DNA from: Phallusia mammillata
Lineage: Eukaryota
NCBI GenBank assembly: GCA_965637545.1
Contig: OZ281496.1
Location: forward strand, 26,970,001-27,034,000
Direction of reading: 5' to 3'
Length of the DNA stretch: 64,000 nucleotides
Shown: positions 10,895-24,252 of the stretch, one piece after another
Layout of the letters: every line of letters starts with the position of its first letter
Position numbering within the stretch: the stretch's first letter is position 1
Made by a program: the position numbers and the translations under genes
The notes under the pieces: model-generated
What the model saw: only the letters and a program-made list of their open reading frames with translations
What the model was told of the DNA's origin: nothing
Database searches by the model: none

Positions 10895-12605
10895 CTACTT
10901 TGTTTTGCCTTCATTTTCACTACTTGGTTTCCTATTTCCTTTGACATTGTCCACGACAGCTGTAGTATACGAACTTAGGATTGATATGGTATTGTTTAAA
11001 CTTGATTTTCCAATTTTTGTAGTAGTTTCAGGAAAACAAGCAACTGTGGCAATTGCTCCACATAACACAGGAACAAAAAATCTTCTCAATCTTCCCGCTT
11101 AAAGAGGTTAAAGGTTGTTAAGCTTCCATCACCATGAAAGATTTAACAAAGAAACTTTTATAATCAAAATGTCACATTATAGCCTATATAAGGTAGTTCA
11201 CTTTAATGATGTGCAAAAATATTTAGGGCTACTGCAACTCAGTTATGCAACGCCATTTACTGTTTGACAAAAGGGAAAGTTTGTGGGCTTCACAAAATTA
11301 TAAGGGTGCCTATATGCTGGGGTTTGGAGTTTAAACGACCCTGTATAAGACATATATATGTATGCAAGAATAGATTCTTATGTTATCTGTTGACATGACT
11401 ACTAAGATCAAACATAAAATAAACACATCTCAAATTGTACCAAAAACTTACATTTCGGAAATAAAAGGGAATGAAACACCCAACCTCCTGTAAATGACCC
11501 AAGCACAATAGAGGATTTGAAATAAAAATCAGTTGTTTTGGGAATCCTTTGCAGAGGGGTCTCCAAATAATCCAATCCAGCATTGTACTTTGCACTTGTA
11601 ACCTTCCATATTTTACATGCCGGAGCTTGAACAAAACTCCTCACTCTAGAACACATGGTCCAAATGTTCTTAGATATATCATAGGGTCTATGGTAAAGTT
11701 TTCTCACTTGTAAACACCATTTTCCAGGGCACTTTCTTCAATCGGCTTTGTTTTTACTTCTACTTCCTTTGGGGTTTCATACAAAGAAAGTTCCTTTGTT
11801 TTCATTGTTTTCCAATAGTGATCTATAGTTGTAAAATGCTATGTTTGTGTGCAACAAGTCTTGAATAAAAAGTTTTAAGAGTTCATTCTGACAACTTGTC
11901 TTTTGAACCTAAACTTTCGACATAACTAAGAATTGTGACAAAACATTAGATGGGATGATCAGTCATACATGTTTTTTACAGCTTAAGATTAAAATTTAAA
12001 TCCAATTGTAGATTTCCCAAGGCGAAAATGCGAAATACTTACTCAATGACTTAACTAAACCATAGAATACTAGAATTACTCAACTGCATAAACGGGAAAT
12101 CCCCACTTTCGTCTCTGCCTGAATCAGGGCTGCCACTCTAGATATTTTATAACTAGATCTAGATAGTTTTGGTTAAGCCTAGATGTAAAATATGGGATCT
12201 AGATGATGGCCATGAAATCTAGATATGTTTTTACCGTTTGTAAAGACTGTATGAACCGTGCTAATACAAATGTTCCACCCCAATAACCACAAAAGTCTCA
12301 ACGCTATAACTGTATCAGAAAATGTAGAGTGTAGACTGATAAAAAGGAAGAAATAAGCTTTTTTAACATCTAATATAGAGCAATTTATATCAAAAACCTT
12401 CATATGTGCTGTTGTTTGGCTAATACATTACAATAAATTGGATGTTTTATGCTTAGATACGTTGTTTGGGTGTTTTGTTTTTCAATCTAGATGTTTCTAG
12501 ATATTTTTTGAGGTAAAACTAGATGATTTCATTAAAACAAAAGTGACAGCCCTGGCCTGAATGCATTTTGCAAGTTTATTACTTACGTATTTTTCCAAGC
12601 TTCAT
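10895..12605 (-). CDS. APOO/APOOL-like: MICOS subunit MIC26/MIC27 (apolipoprotein O family)
   Basis: Spliced product ...MKTKELSLYETPKEVEV...SALENGVYKVRSFVQAP...GLDYLETP...SSIVLGSFTGGWVF...SGRLRRFFVPVLCGAIATVACFPE resembles the ApoO pattern (ELSLY, LEE-I--LR, two hydrophobic segments, YYP). The first two small exons (ATG 12605 and a 27-nt exon near 12040-12070) are less certain. Confidence 0.75.
12125..12554. mobile_element. hAT-type MITE, family B (430 bp), in an APOO-like intron
   Basis: TIR CAGGGCTGCCACT/AGTGACAGCCCTG (1 mismatch). Perfect TSD GCCTGAAT at 12117-12124 and 12555-12562. Subterminal TCTAGA(T) repeats at both ends. Confidence 0.92.
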
Positions 12606-12950
12606 CCCACTGTTTTCGTATTTCGCCTAGCTTAACTTTTCCACATCCATTCAAAGCAAATAAAGGTATTTTTTTTCTTCTTTTACCGCATCAAATCAAC
12701 ACGTTTGTTTGCAAATTAGCATCACAAGATTACTAAGCATTGATACAAAAAATATAGAAGGAAGAACATATAATATCATGCACAGTTTTATCCCATACAT
12801 TGCGTATAAAGTGGTACATCAATGCTAGCATTTTTAATATAAATATTTGAATGAGTATGCCTTCCTAAATAACAACATTTTAACTGCACCATTAAAAAAG
12901 GAATAATTAGTATCAGCAAAACTGAAATTTAATTGTGGCCCTTAACCCCA

Positions 12951-14718
12951 CTACATTGAGGGTGAAATATTATTTGCAGAGTTAGGAGTTAAACGGTCTG
13001 GTACAGATCGTCTTGCTTGGAAGTTTCCACTTGTAGGAACATCTGTTTCAATGTCTTCGTACCAACTTCGACCTGCTGAAAATGACTGTGACATCACTGG
13101 ATTGCTGGTACGGGTGACAGCACCTGTCATCTACCCCCCAAAAAAAATTATGATTTAGAAAGTATTCTTTAATATCTACAATGATAAAGTACACACAAAA
13201 AAACCTATACCAATAAAATTCAAATCATAACAGTTTCAACCAATTCACTTTAAGCAACTTATTACAAGATTTGATCTTCTTAGCTGAGCTTCCAGGTTAG
13301 AAATTTGTTGTCTTGCTCTAGAATGTTCCTCTTGCAATTTGGCAAAATCAAGTTCATACTGCCGTGCCTAAGAGACAAAATACAATATCCACTGAATTAT
13401 TTAAAACTAAATATATTGAAAGGCAGCAGTATTTATTATTCAATGTCGAATCAAACCTGTGTTGTCTTTTTGATTCATAAAAGAAGAAGTTGAGTGTCTT
13501 TGCAATTTGTTCGCAAACTAATGTATAGTTAACATAAAAAAATAGAAAACTTACTGCTTCCCGTAAGCTATTAATAGTGCTTTCTTGTTCAGCTTGTGAT
13601 GTGTAGTCATGCGATCTTGTTGCCACAACTAGGGCTGATTTTAACTCATCATTTTGCACATACAAGTCATTAATTTTAGCTTCTTGTTCTGTTACTTTTG
13701 TGCTTAATTCCTGTACTGTAGTTAAAGCTTCTTCCTTCAGTTTTCGTTCCGCAGCAAGATTTTTTTGACTCTCATTTTTTGTTATTTCCAGCAGTTCCTT
13801 TTGCTTGTCTACATCACTTCTTAGCTTTTGATATATCCTGTCCACATGCTCCTGTTGTGCAGGAGTAAACTCCAAAACACCAGCGTTCCTAGAACTTGTA
13901 CTGGCACTAAGCTGATCATTTTGTTCCGTTAGCTGCCTAACAATTTGTTTAAGTTGTTCATTTTCTTCACCCAACTGTTTGACAAAAACCTCACGTTGAT
14001 CATTGTAGTTTTGCCACTTCATATTCATATCTTTCAGTTTGTCAACAGTCAAATTAAGTTTTCGAACTGTTTCTCTCAACTGTCTATTTTCGTTATCATG
14101 GATCATAGGAAGGGAAGTATACTCTGATGGCGAACTTCCTGAAAAAGAAGCACTCATGTCTTGATTGTAACTTTGATTTGTAGTTGAGGTTCCTACTGTT
14201 CGCACATCATGATGAGAAAATTGTTTTACTCTTCCCAAATCAGCCTTAAGTCCAATACTTTCAATATCCTTTTCTTCAAGCCTTTTTGTTAGATCAGAAA
14301 TACTTGCCTCGGCATTTTTTAGAGATACTTGCAAGGTTGTAATTTCTTCATTTGTCTGAGAAAGACTTGTAAAATCTTGATCGCTTTTTCTGTTTTTTTC
14401 AACTTGCCTTTCTAAATCATCAATTCTCAAATCTTTCACCTGGAGCACTTTCGTTATTGTTTCTATTAAACTTTCAGTTTCTTTGTGGTGATTTGGATTT
14501 AGGTCCTTGTAATTATTTTCGTTGACAGGCTCCATTTTAGTAATAACTTTTGACAGGCTTTGTTCAGGTTGGGTCTTGGACATTTTTGTCTCAGTTGAAG
14601 ATGTGGATGATGCTGATGAATGCATTGAGCTAGAATTGCTTGCAACATCATAACTGAGGGGATAAACTTCTGGATTGTGCTGATGCGGCTTAGCTAGTGC
14701 ATCAATTTTTTCTTCCAT
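12951..14718 (-). CDS. TNIP2/CEP55-like: Coiled-coil protein of the CEP55/TNIP2 (ABIN-2) type with an EABR motif and a degenerate UBAN/NOA segment
   Basis: The large exon (about 14718-13560) contains MNMKWQNYNDQREVFVKQL, an EABR-like W--Y--QRE-FVK-L motif. The next exon is ARQYELDFAKLQEEHSRARQQISNLE. The last exon ends with TAG at 12953-12951. The start could instead be the ATG at 14793. Confidence 0.7.
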
Positions 14719-15603
14719 TGGCACTGCTTTCTTAATATGTTTATCTTTATTATTTAAACAAAACCTTGATAAAAGTACTAAAACACTAAGCATGAAGTTA
14801 TGTTTTGCAGTTGAGTCTAAAATTGAATATATACAAGTGTTTTGTTTGATACAAATTCTTTCTACTTTTAGAAATTTGCTTGCAATGAATGTTTAGACAA
14901 TATACAGCATTAAATTTTAACAAAACTTGCATTTACAATGTGTTTTCTTGTTCATACACATGAATATATTTACAAATACACACTTTTACACAAAACACAA
15001 CATATGCTCCCATATTAACCATATTTTAATATTAATTCAAGAAAGGTCATTGAATTATCCCTAACAATCCATAATTCCCGGTTTTAAAATCTATCTTGGT
15101 GAAATATACACGAACTGTTGAGGAAGGTATTTTATTTAAGTTCTGCTTGACATTAATAAATAGTTCTAACTTGGCTGTCTTAGCCTTATTATATTTTCTT
15201 AAATGACGGTTAAAAAGGTGCCAAACTTAAACAAAAACCTTTGTTTACCAGAAGCGTTCAGAACATTGCGATACGTCACGGTTTCACCATTACAGGCAAG
15301 ATAGGAAATTTTAGGGAATTCACCGTTTAGAAAAAGCCCGTGTGGTGCTAGTGCGGTGGCTTTATTTCGCGTCTGAGGTACATTTCCACATTAGGCTACA
15401 GCTACACCTTTGTGTTGGGCAAGACATTGAAGCGGGCTTAAAATCTGTGTTGAGTTATGATCGCAGAAGGCCAATGCAGCCAATTTTCATTATCTGTCAT
15501 GTACAGTGGTGGTGGAAGTGGAAGTCAAAAAAGTTAGGTCATATGCCATAATTTCTGTTTGAACACGGTAGTTTCTGTTTTACAGCAAATACTTCGTCTA
15601 CAT

Positions 15604-15799
15604 TAGGGGTGGCCAACTTGTCAGTCGTTAAAATCGACGAAAATTTTCTTAATTTTACACGATCGACTGACCAGTAGTAATTTAGGCTGCCACTAACACA
15701 AAGCAATAACGCACATTTCTGCATGCGATTTGAATTACCGCATATCGTCATTACTTTTCATGATCAAGCGTGTCGCGATCGACGTGTTGGCCACACCTG
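15604..15799. mobile_element. hAT (Charlie/Buster-type) MITE, family C (196 bp)
   Basis: TIR TAGGGGTGGCCAAC/GTTGGCCACACCTG. Perfect TSD GTCTACAT at 15596-15603 and 15800-15807. Confidence 0.9.
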
Positions 15800-15829
15800 G
15801 TCTACATTGTAGACGTCTACAGTCTACAC

Positions 15830-16430
15830 CAGGGGTTCTTAAACTTTTTCGGTCGCGCCCCACTTTACACTAATTATTTATTCTCACGCCCCCCCTAAAA
15901 AACGTTAGCACTAATGATGCTTGTCTTGTTTTTTGGAAACAACATACATGGTAGGTCCGCTTTAAGCTACTGTCAAGTTAGTTCCGAACGTTGGAAAAAG
16001 CAACACTGATACTTCAACACTGATAAGTTGCGAAAAAGTAGGCTTTTGCGAACACAGAGACACGTTGCCAGTATTCTTTTAAACTACGCATATGTTGCCC
16101 AGAAATTGTTGATTCACTCAAAGTCAGGGCAATCTCTAATGCGAAATTGCGAACAAATAAATAATGTACAGCCGACTATATAGTACAGGGGTCACCAAAC
16201 TACGGCCCGCAAGGTCATTTCATCCGGCTAATAGCTTACGGGAAGCAGTAAGTTTTCTATGTAAGCGGGCCCTAACTCGATTTTTTTCCAAAACTAAGCC
16301 CAAATCATACCCTTAAGTTAATGAAATTGTGTCAAAATCGATTCCGAATGTGCAGACAAGCCCGAATCAAGCCAGTTATATTGCAACTCCAGCCTGAGCC
16401 CGACCAAAAAGCTCAGCCCAACTTAAAACT
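15830..16430. mobile_element. Cluster of truncated hAT/Charlie-like termini
   Basis: Single Charlie-like ends CAGGGGTTCTTAAACTTTTT (15830) and CAGGGGTCACCAAACTACGGCCCGC (16186), with GCCCGA-type subterminal repeats at about 16350-16420. No partner ends found. Confidence 0.55.
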
Positions 16431-17618
16431 CCGTTTTAAATAGTAAATTTAAACCGACATATGAATAAACAAATAAACTTCCCTTTAATGCCTTAAACTC
16501 TCCATGTACTTGATTCAAAGGCTACTAAACATTAAGCGAACTCCATTTTACTGACCGATGCGCAAAAATCGAGCACTCAGATGGAAAATAAAGTTGCATA
16601 AACACAGGGAACCAAAAAAATGCCGCGACCGCCTTGAAAAAAGCAGCAATAAAACAGTTGCGTCTTTGTGAATTACCACAACAATTACCAGAAACACACG
16701 CGCACACTCAAAATCGAAAATCACAAATTGCGAAACACTCAAAGATACTCTAACGATGATAATTAAGCACATAACCTTTCGTTTCCGAATCTAGAAACCT
16801 GGAATTACCAAGCTACCCAACTAAAGGTAAACTATTATTAAAGTAAATTCATCCCTAAAAGACCTAAATTATATACCAATACACATTTTAAAATATTCCC
16901 GTTAATGACTAGAAGTACGGCTGAGTTTAAACCATGTACGTTAGCAGTTCTTTTTTGCTAGCTGGTATACCGTCGAAATGCAAAATGCTTTCAGTTGGTT
17001 TCAGTTTGTGTATAACCAGAAAGAGGAACCTATTAAGCGGTTCTCGTTCCAAGACTATTTGTTTCGGGAAGTTGGCGAAAAAGCACGTGACACATTCAAG
17101 TAGTTTCTCTTTAAAAACAACTACGAAATACAAAACTATAATTTTTAGGGAAATTTTTGTTTTCCAATCCACTGGGGCAAAATTTACAAAAAATCTTCTA
17201 ACTAGTTACTTTAATCTATTTCAAAATTTCTGCCAGTTTCATTTGCAAAGGTTTTTATATTATACTATGGAAATAGTTTGTAAGGCTCATTATGAAATGT
17301 ATTACAAACTACTGGCTTAAGCAACTATGGACAGTACAGCTACACTGGTAAAGTGACGAATGTGAAGGATTATCGGGTATTGCCAAAGTCATAGCATGGG
17401 TTATGTGATACCTTTCATACTTTACAAACACAAATATGAACAATTGTATGGCCGGGTACCATATAGAACACGCCTGGATACTGTGGAGTTAAACATTATC
17501 CTATTATTATATATACCATGCTGATATGAAGTTTAAATACTGGCTAGTTAGAAAGTATTAGTTATTGAGGTTGATGTAAGTCGTTCTGTTATGATTACAA
17601 AAATAACTAATTGATGTT

Positions 17619-17772
17619 CAGTAAAACCCGGTTAATTCGGACAAGTTTTGACAAAAACATATCGTCCAGATTAGGTGAAGATCCGGATTTACCGATGTCG
17701 ATTAGTTCAAGCCTTACCACATTACAAATCATTTGTACCATGCGTTTTATCCGATTTAACCGAGGTTTACTG
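17619..17772. mobile_element. Tc1/mariner (Tigger/pogo-like) MITE, family D copy 1
   Basis: Imperfect ~25-bp TIR CAGTAAAACCCGGTTAATTCGGA/TCCGATTTAACCGAGGTTTACTG. The internal sequence aligns with the reverse complement of 40360-40504. Confidence 0.75.
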
Positions 17773-18155
17773 CATCAGAAATTCAAATCAAATCCCACCA
17801 GAAGCAATAAAATGTGGATGTTTTGTATACTAGTATATTGGTAACTTCGTATTGTTACAGCTTCTTATTGGACAGGATTGTTAAAAGTTAACAACGTCTA
17901 TAAGTGGTACAGGATAAATACTAATGAAAGCCAGGCTGAAATTTTAAATCCTATGAGAGAGACCAATAAAGATCGGTTGTATACTTGCCCATTGAAATTG
18001 ACTTTGAAAGCATTTCATTTGCCAAATGAGAAAGTTAGTAGAATTGCCAACTACCTTCACTAAGTTCATTAACCAAAATTAGTATGAGACACAGTACGGG
18101 AACAGCGCAAAGGAACATTAAGGACTGGATAAAACAGGCGTTGCAACTTCCTCTA

Positions 18156-21100
18156 CTATTTGTCAGTCGGGTACTTGCTGCATGACGCTGCAGACGATGA
18201 CGTAGCGCTTTCGTGGTGAGTCAGCGATTCGTAGTATTCCCTTTGTGACTGTGCAAGGACTTGTGCCAATACAGCATTTTCATCTGTCTCGTCCACCCAA
18301 TCGCCCATACCTACGTACAGAGATGCCCACACACAATCTGGGTTACGTATTTGTTCGAAATTTTGGATCTTTGAAACGTATTTACCTGACAACATACATG
18401 CAATGACTGACCGATTTTTTGTCAAGAGTTGTGTTAAAACTTTTACATGTATAATTGGTGGAAAACAAAAACTTTGTGGATTTTTGTGAACAAAACCCAG
18501 TAGTTGGTTAGTTTTGTTTTTCTTAAAACTAGCAAAAGTTTAAAAAGTAAGTGTTAGGCAACTAAAGACCCTGTAGTCATCATGTACCCAATAATGTCAA
18601 AAAAATGCAATTGTGTTACTGTTTAAGTTTGGTGTGTGGTGCCCCAGTTAAAACAAGTTTATTTATCCAAGTTTTAATTTATACAAACAGTATTTTGATA
18701 CAAATGAATTCACAATGCATGTGTCTTGCATACAGCCAGAAATAACCATGAAAGTGGATGTAGTTTTTTGTAAACTAGTTAGATCAACAATCACTTACAA
18801 ACTCAGTGTTTTGTTCCATCTAAATGAAGCATTATATTTTCACATTAATGCCATGCAATACGCACTCTAGCTCCTGCACCATTCACCTTTTAAATGTATG
18901 TGCTTTGAATTTAATTTGAATTTAATACCTGGGTTTCCAAGGAAGTGATTTGAAGCTGATGTTGATGGCTGAGATTCACGGTAAGAACATGACTGCTCTT
19001 CAACCTAGAGCAAGTAAGCATAAAAAGGATACACCTTTTTCCTTAAAGCCACATTGGGATGTAGCAAATCATGGTTATATGCAAAACATAGTAAAATGCA
19101 AACTATGTATCTGGTTAAAAACAATACTACAGTTGTTTATTTGACAATAATTTAGGCCGGGGCGATGCAGACTATTTTTTTGAGCAAGTTGAGGGTATGA
19201 TTGCCAAAAGTTTGTCTTAAATTCAACATGAAGCAAATTGATGTTGATTTTATTGCAAAGTGTGTATTTTCTTCAGTTTCTATTGAAAAGTCACAAGAAA
19301 ATGTATTTAAATAAGTTTTCTATTTGCAACATGTCTTGTTTTGCCCTTGTTGTGTAGTGGGCATTGATTTTGTGACTTGCGCAAGAAAACAACAATACAT
19401 TTTCTCCATTAAAAACAACTGAAGCAATATAAACAAACTTGTGGGAGAAAAGTTTAATACAAAACTGCATTTGTCACCCACTTTGCTGTGATGAGGTGCT
19501 GCTTGTTGAAGTGTTTCTTGTTCTGATGTTAAAGAGGTTTGAGAACAAGAGGGTTCTTTGGATGCACACCCTGCTTGGTCTGTATCATCCAGCTGTAACA
19601 ATTTCAATGTGTTAACCAGTAGTACCATAAGTTGAGGATGCTAAGCACTTGCACAACAAGATACTTTGCTATGTAACTGACAGTATAATCTTGTTCGGCA
19701 CATAAACAATTTGCCACCCTTTTTATGCAATTAACTGGATAATGTAAATAAAAATTTTTCTCACAACCGGCTATGGTTGGGTATGGCGATTGCTAAACAG
19801 ATATGCATCTGTTTGTTTTATTATGAATTGATTTGAAGAATTGTTACTTCCAACTGTTTGATCATGCAAAGGAATGCTCCCCCAAATAGAAGCTGTGTGT
19901 TAGTGTAACACCCCACTCTTTCAAGTGTCTGTACTGTACATAGACCGGTAATCCTGTCACCAGTGTACATTTCTAAAGTTACTTACATAGATAAAGCTAA
20001 TCATCTTTGCATATACCTAGAAACCAAATTTTCAACAGGCATAAACATACCTTATCCAATTTCAAAATGAACCCGAATAACATGACAAACATATATATTA
20101 TTTTGGGCAATCTTTGTGTAACCTTTTGCCATGTAAACATGCTACCAACCTGTTTCTTTTGCCTTGCTAGCTCCTCTTGGTGTCTTAGATAATCAACAAA
20201 AGACTCATGAGCAACTTCTCGCACCAGTTCATCTTCTGTGTTTTCCCAATCAGCTGCTCTCAGTTTGTCCTCTAACATTTGCTGTTCAAGGAGCTCCTGC
20301 TCAGAGGAGCGCTGGGCAGTCTCAAGCAACATCTGGTCAGCCAGCTACATTTTACAACATAAATGTCATTGTATTAAGGAGTGATGTGCCGAAACTGCAA
20401 GTGTTCTGTTTGGTCGAGCACCGAGCATCTCACTTTAATGCTCGGTGCTTGGCCGAACATGCTCGGTGCATTATGACATCACAAAAAAATCCCCTTTCTA
20501 CGTTTTAGCTCTACAAGGCCTCTTACGTCACCTGCGGTGTTTTATTAAGCTGTACATGCCCATAAAGTACGCGTTTTTCCACTATCAGAGTGCATTTAAA
20601 AAATCTTTCGTTTTTGTTCATAGACACCCTTTGGAACACTAGTTACATATGTTAGCAGGGCAAGAGTATGCAAATTTAACGCTCGGGTCAGTTTGTACAA
20701 CTGCTCAGCCGAGCACCGAGCATTAAAAACAGCGATGCTCGGTACCGAGTACTCGGGTACTGGCTCGGCTCGGCCCATCTCTAGTATTAAGTATGTATTT
20801 CAAATGACTACAATTAATACCACAAATTTATAACCAAACAAATACAATGCAACTGGCATGAAAGTTTCAACAAATACAATACAATGGTCATTGGCCAGGC
20901 AAGTTTATCTATTTTGCTTCTGTAGGCAATATGGCATTTTGACATTGCACTTGGACATATATTTTGACATTGCGCATTTTCACATTTTGGCAGTTATAAA
21001 ACTGCACAAATAATTCTTAATTACAACTCCAATATAGAGTAACTGGCACATACACAGACCATTTTCACCAGTTTACAATGTTGGACTAAGTTTAAGATTT

Positions 21101-24100
21101 ATTAAGCAATGCAACATATTTGTGATTGACCAGATTTTCATTTCCTGAAATCTTCTGTATTATATACCACTTAATTGGCTCTTGTTAGCAGGCAATAAAG
21201 CAGTCACATATTCCACATGTTCGATTTTTAGGTTACATATAAAAGTTCTGATTATTAAAAACTTACCCCAGGTGTAAAAGATGGCAGTCCAAGTCCCACA
21301 CCAATACTGGCTTTGTAAGGGTTTATCACAGAGTTATAATGTGAGTTGCGATGATAACTCACTCTTATAGGGTCGTTTTCTGACTTGTTAGATGAATGGA
21401 ATATATTGATTGGTTCTGAAAACATGTTTATACAAAAACATAAAACAGATGTACAATAATGTTGTTGTGAAAGAATGCTGTCAAATAAAATTACACTCTA
21501 CTATAAACACTTGAAATATAAATGGAAAAATTCAAGGTTTGTTGTGTAGTTTGTGTAACCTATTGCCATGGATACAGCCTGTTGTGTTCTATGTTTTATG
21601 AATTTGCTTGTCTGTTGCTGGTGTCGGTTAATGTCTGTAATATCTGGAAATGCTGGGTTCTGAAATATATTACGCAATGATTTTATAGATAAGTTGCTTT
21701 GAAATATTTTTAACTAAAGTCTTAACATTTTTTAGTAATGTAGTTTAAAGACATTTGTAAATATTAAACAGACATTAGGTAAATTTGTCACACAATACAA
21801 CTGTTAGCTAAAAGATTATAAACAAGTAACAACTTTTTATGACACAACTGTAAAAGCAATCTTTTGTCTTTGATACATTGTAATTAAGTTTTGATACAAA
21901 CAACAAGTGGGACTGACCAGTACTGTACTGGTACACTTCAAAAAGCCGGTTGTACAATTCAGCCATTGCTTGCATTTCCAGGTGGTTCCCATAGGTATGT
22001 GGTAGTTTTTTCCTGGTAATGTATGTCCGAAAATCTTCCGTCACATAAGGTGAAAAGAAGTCTGCATTTTTCATCTAAGGAATAAACAAGTAATTTTATG
22101 AGTGTTTTGTAGAGAGCATTGCCGAGTTTGATGTGAAGCTTTGTATAATAATGAATCAAATTTACAGCACATGCTAAAAAATTACTGAACATCACATAGT
22201 GAAATGTAAAACATTTACGTAAACTCTTGTAAACAACCCAATAAATTTATGATAATTTTTCTGTGTTACTGAAAGGTAGTTAAGTTTGATTTACAAACAT
22301 AACCTTTCTGCAAAGGTCAAATCCAAGAACATTTTATTTTAAACATTTAAGTGACATCATCATATCGCTCAGTCCAACACTGATCAATACCATGATCTTG
22401 TGAAAAAAATTCCATGGCATTTTTTTATTTGGCATTTTCCAGTCTTAAATGATTTGTTAAATTGACATGTGAATGATTATAATGATGAATATAATGGCCC
22501 AAACAGACACAAAAAGTGTCACACAGTTTTGTTGACAGTCTTTTTTTTAATGTTTTTAGACTTTTCAGCAGATCCATATATAATGTGGCAATATGAATGA
22601 TTGCTTACCATATAGTCCATGCAGTTGGTCCGGACTTCATCATGCATAGTTTGATCTCCATACACTTGATCAGCTAAATGCAAAGCATAAGGTCTGATCA
22701 AAAATGTGGGTGTATGGACAGAAGTCTGATTGAAACACAATGCACAAAACAAATCTGTGAGTTGTTGCCAGTTAGCAACCAAACACTCCCTATTTTGCAC
22801 AGCAGTTTTTCACAGGTAAATGGTCATACAAATGTTGAGATATAGGGAATACAAAGCATTTAAATTCTTTAGGCAAGTAATATAACTTTGTAGATTGAAT
22901 GTGTATGTATAGATGTGTATGAACAAGCTGAAGTACATTATCCTTAAATGTTACAAGTAAAAACTACAAAGGAAATATTACCACAGACATTAGGTCTGTT
23001 GGGTTGCATTTTAAAGCCAAACACCTTGTAGTTCAAATACATTGCTTCTTCTGTTTACATTATCATGACCATCAAACATTTTGTGTATAAAGCATATAAG
23101 TTTGCAGCAAACTAACTGTGACAGCACAGCACACTCACAGGAAGAATGACAAAAGTAGGTCAAACTTCCTTCTTTAACTATATCATAACAATAGAGTTTA
23201 TTGACCAGTATTTACTCACCAACAGCTCTAAACAAGCATGCTCCATCCTCAACCATTTCCTTCACATAAAATCCTCGAACATTTTTAAGGGTTTCTGCAA
23301 ATGTCCGCTCCAACTATAACCAAACACAATCACACTTTTATTTTGTAATTAAATCTAATAGAGATAATTTTTGTTTAACTTCCCAACCTCTTCAAAATCT
23401 ACATCTTTGTTGAGTTGTCTTAATCTTGCAACATCATGTTCATCATCAGAATTTTGACCACTAGTTGACCGTTCTTCTTTAGGTTCAGGTCTCGACCTTT
23501 GTCGTCTTCGAGCACCACGCACAACACCACTGGGTGATATAGGCCTTCTGTCATCGACATAGTGTTGTCTTGAAGCATGAACATGTGAAGACATAGTACT
23601 AGAGCTGCTACTTGCACCACTAACTGAGGCACCTCTAGAAGGTTTACCTCTAGAATAGGGTTGGGCATGAGGTGAAATTCTACCATGTCTACGTTTTGAG
23701 GCACCAGTCCGTTCAGATGCTGTAGCGAGGTCACAAGCAACCGATGTTCCTGAAGGATCTGACAGTTCCTGATTGGTTTGTAAAGCTATAGCATGCACCA
23801 GTTGGGGTTCATCCAGATTTGATGCCTGGTTTATTACTGATGGAACAAATTCTGAACAATGAGAATCGCTCTGTACTGGTAGGTCGACAGACTGTGGTAT
23901 GTTGACTGCTGTGAGACTCCCTCGGCCCACCCTGTGCCTCTCTTCAGGTGGAGCGACAACATGAGGTGCTGTACGCAATGATGAAGTGTTCAAGCGAGAT
24001 CTAGATGAGTGACTCTCTCCAATCTTAAAAATAAAATCTGTAGCATCAAACTGCGAGTGCTAAAGATTTAAAGAAGAATATTTTATAGGAAGTTGCTGGT

Positions 24101-24252
24101 TTTACATCAGCAGTAGTTTTTTATTTAAAAATATACATGTTTTTATAAATATTGAAGCTTACAGCATGGTGGGGTGTGGTATGATGCTCATGACTTGTCC
24201 CTTCTGTGGTTGTTTTCTCTTTTGGAACTTTCTTCTTGGGTAATATGGTCAT
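18156..24252 (-). CDS. OTUD5: OTU deubiquitinase 5 (DUBA), about 10 exons
   Basis: N-terminus MTILPKKK; SGQNSDDE acidic phospho-site region; catalytic [16 protein letters not shown]; [15 protein letters not shown]; [13 protein letters not shown]; [15 protein letters not shown]; C-terminal UIM ([14 protein letters not shown]). All joined by GT-AG introns. Confidence 0.96.
20379..20783. mobile_element. hAT-type MITE, family E (405 bp), in an OTUD5 intron
   Basis: Imperfect TIR GAGTGATGTGCCGA/TCGGCCCATCTCTA. Perfect TSD GTATTAAG at 20371-20378 and 20784-20791. Subterminal GAGCACCGAGCAT/ATGCTCGG repeats. Confidence 0.88.
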
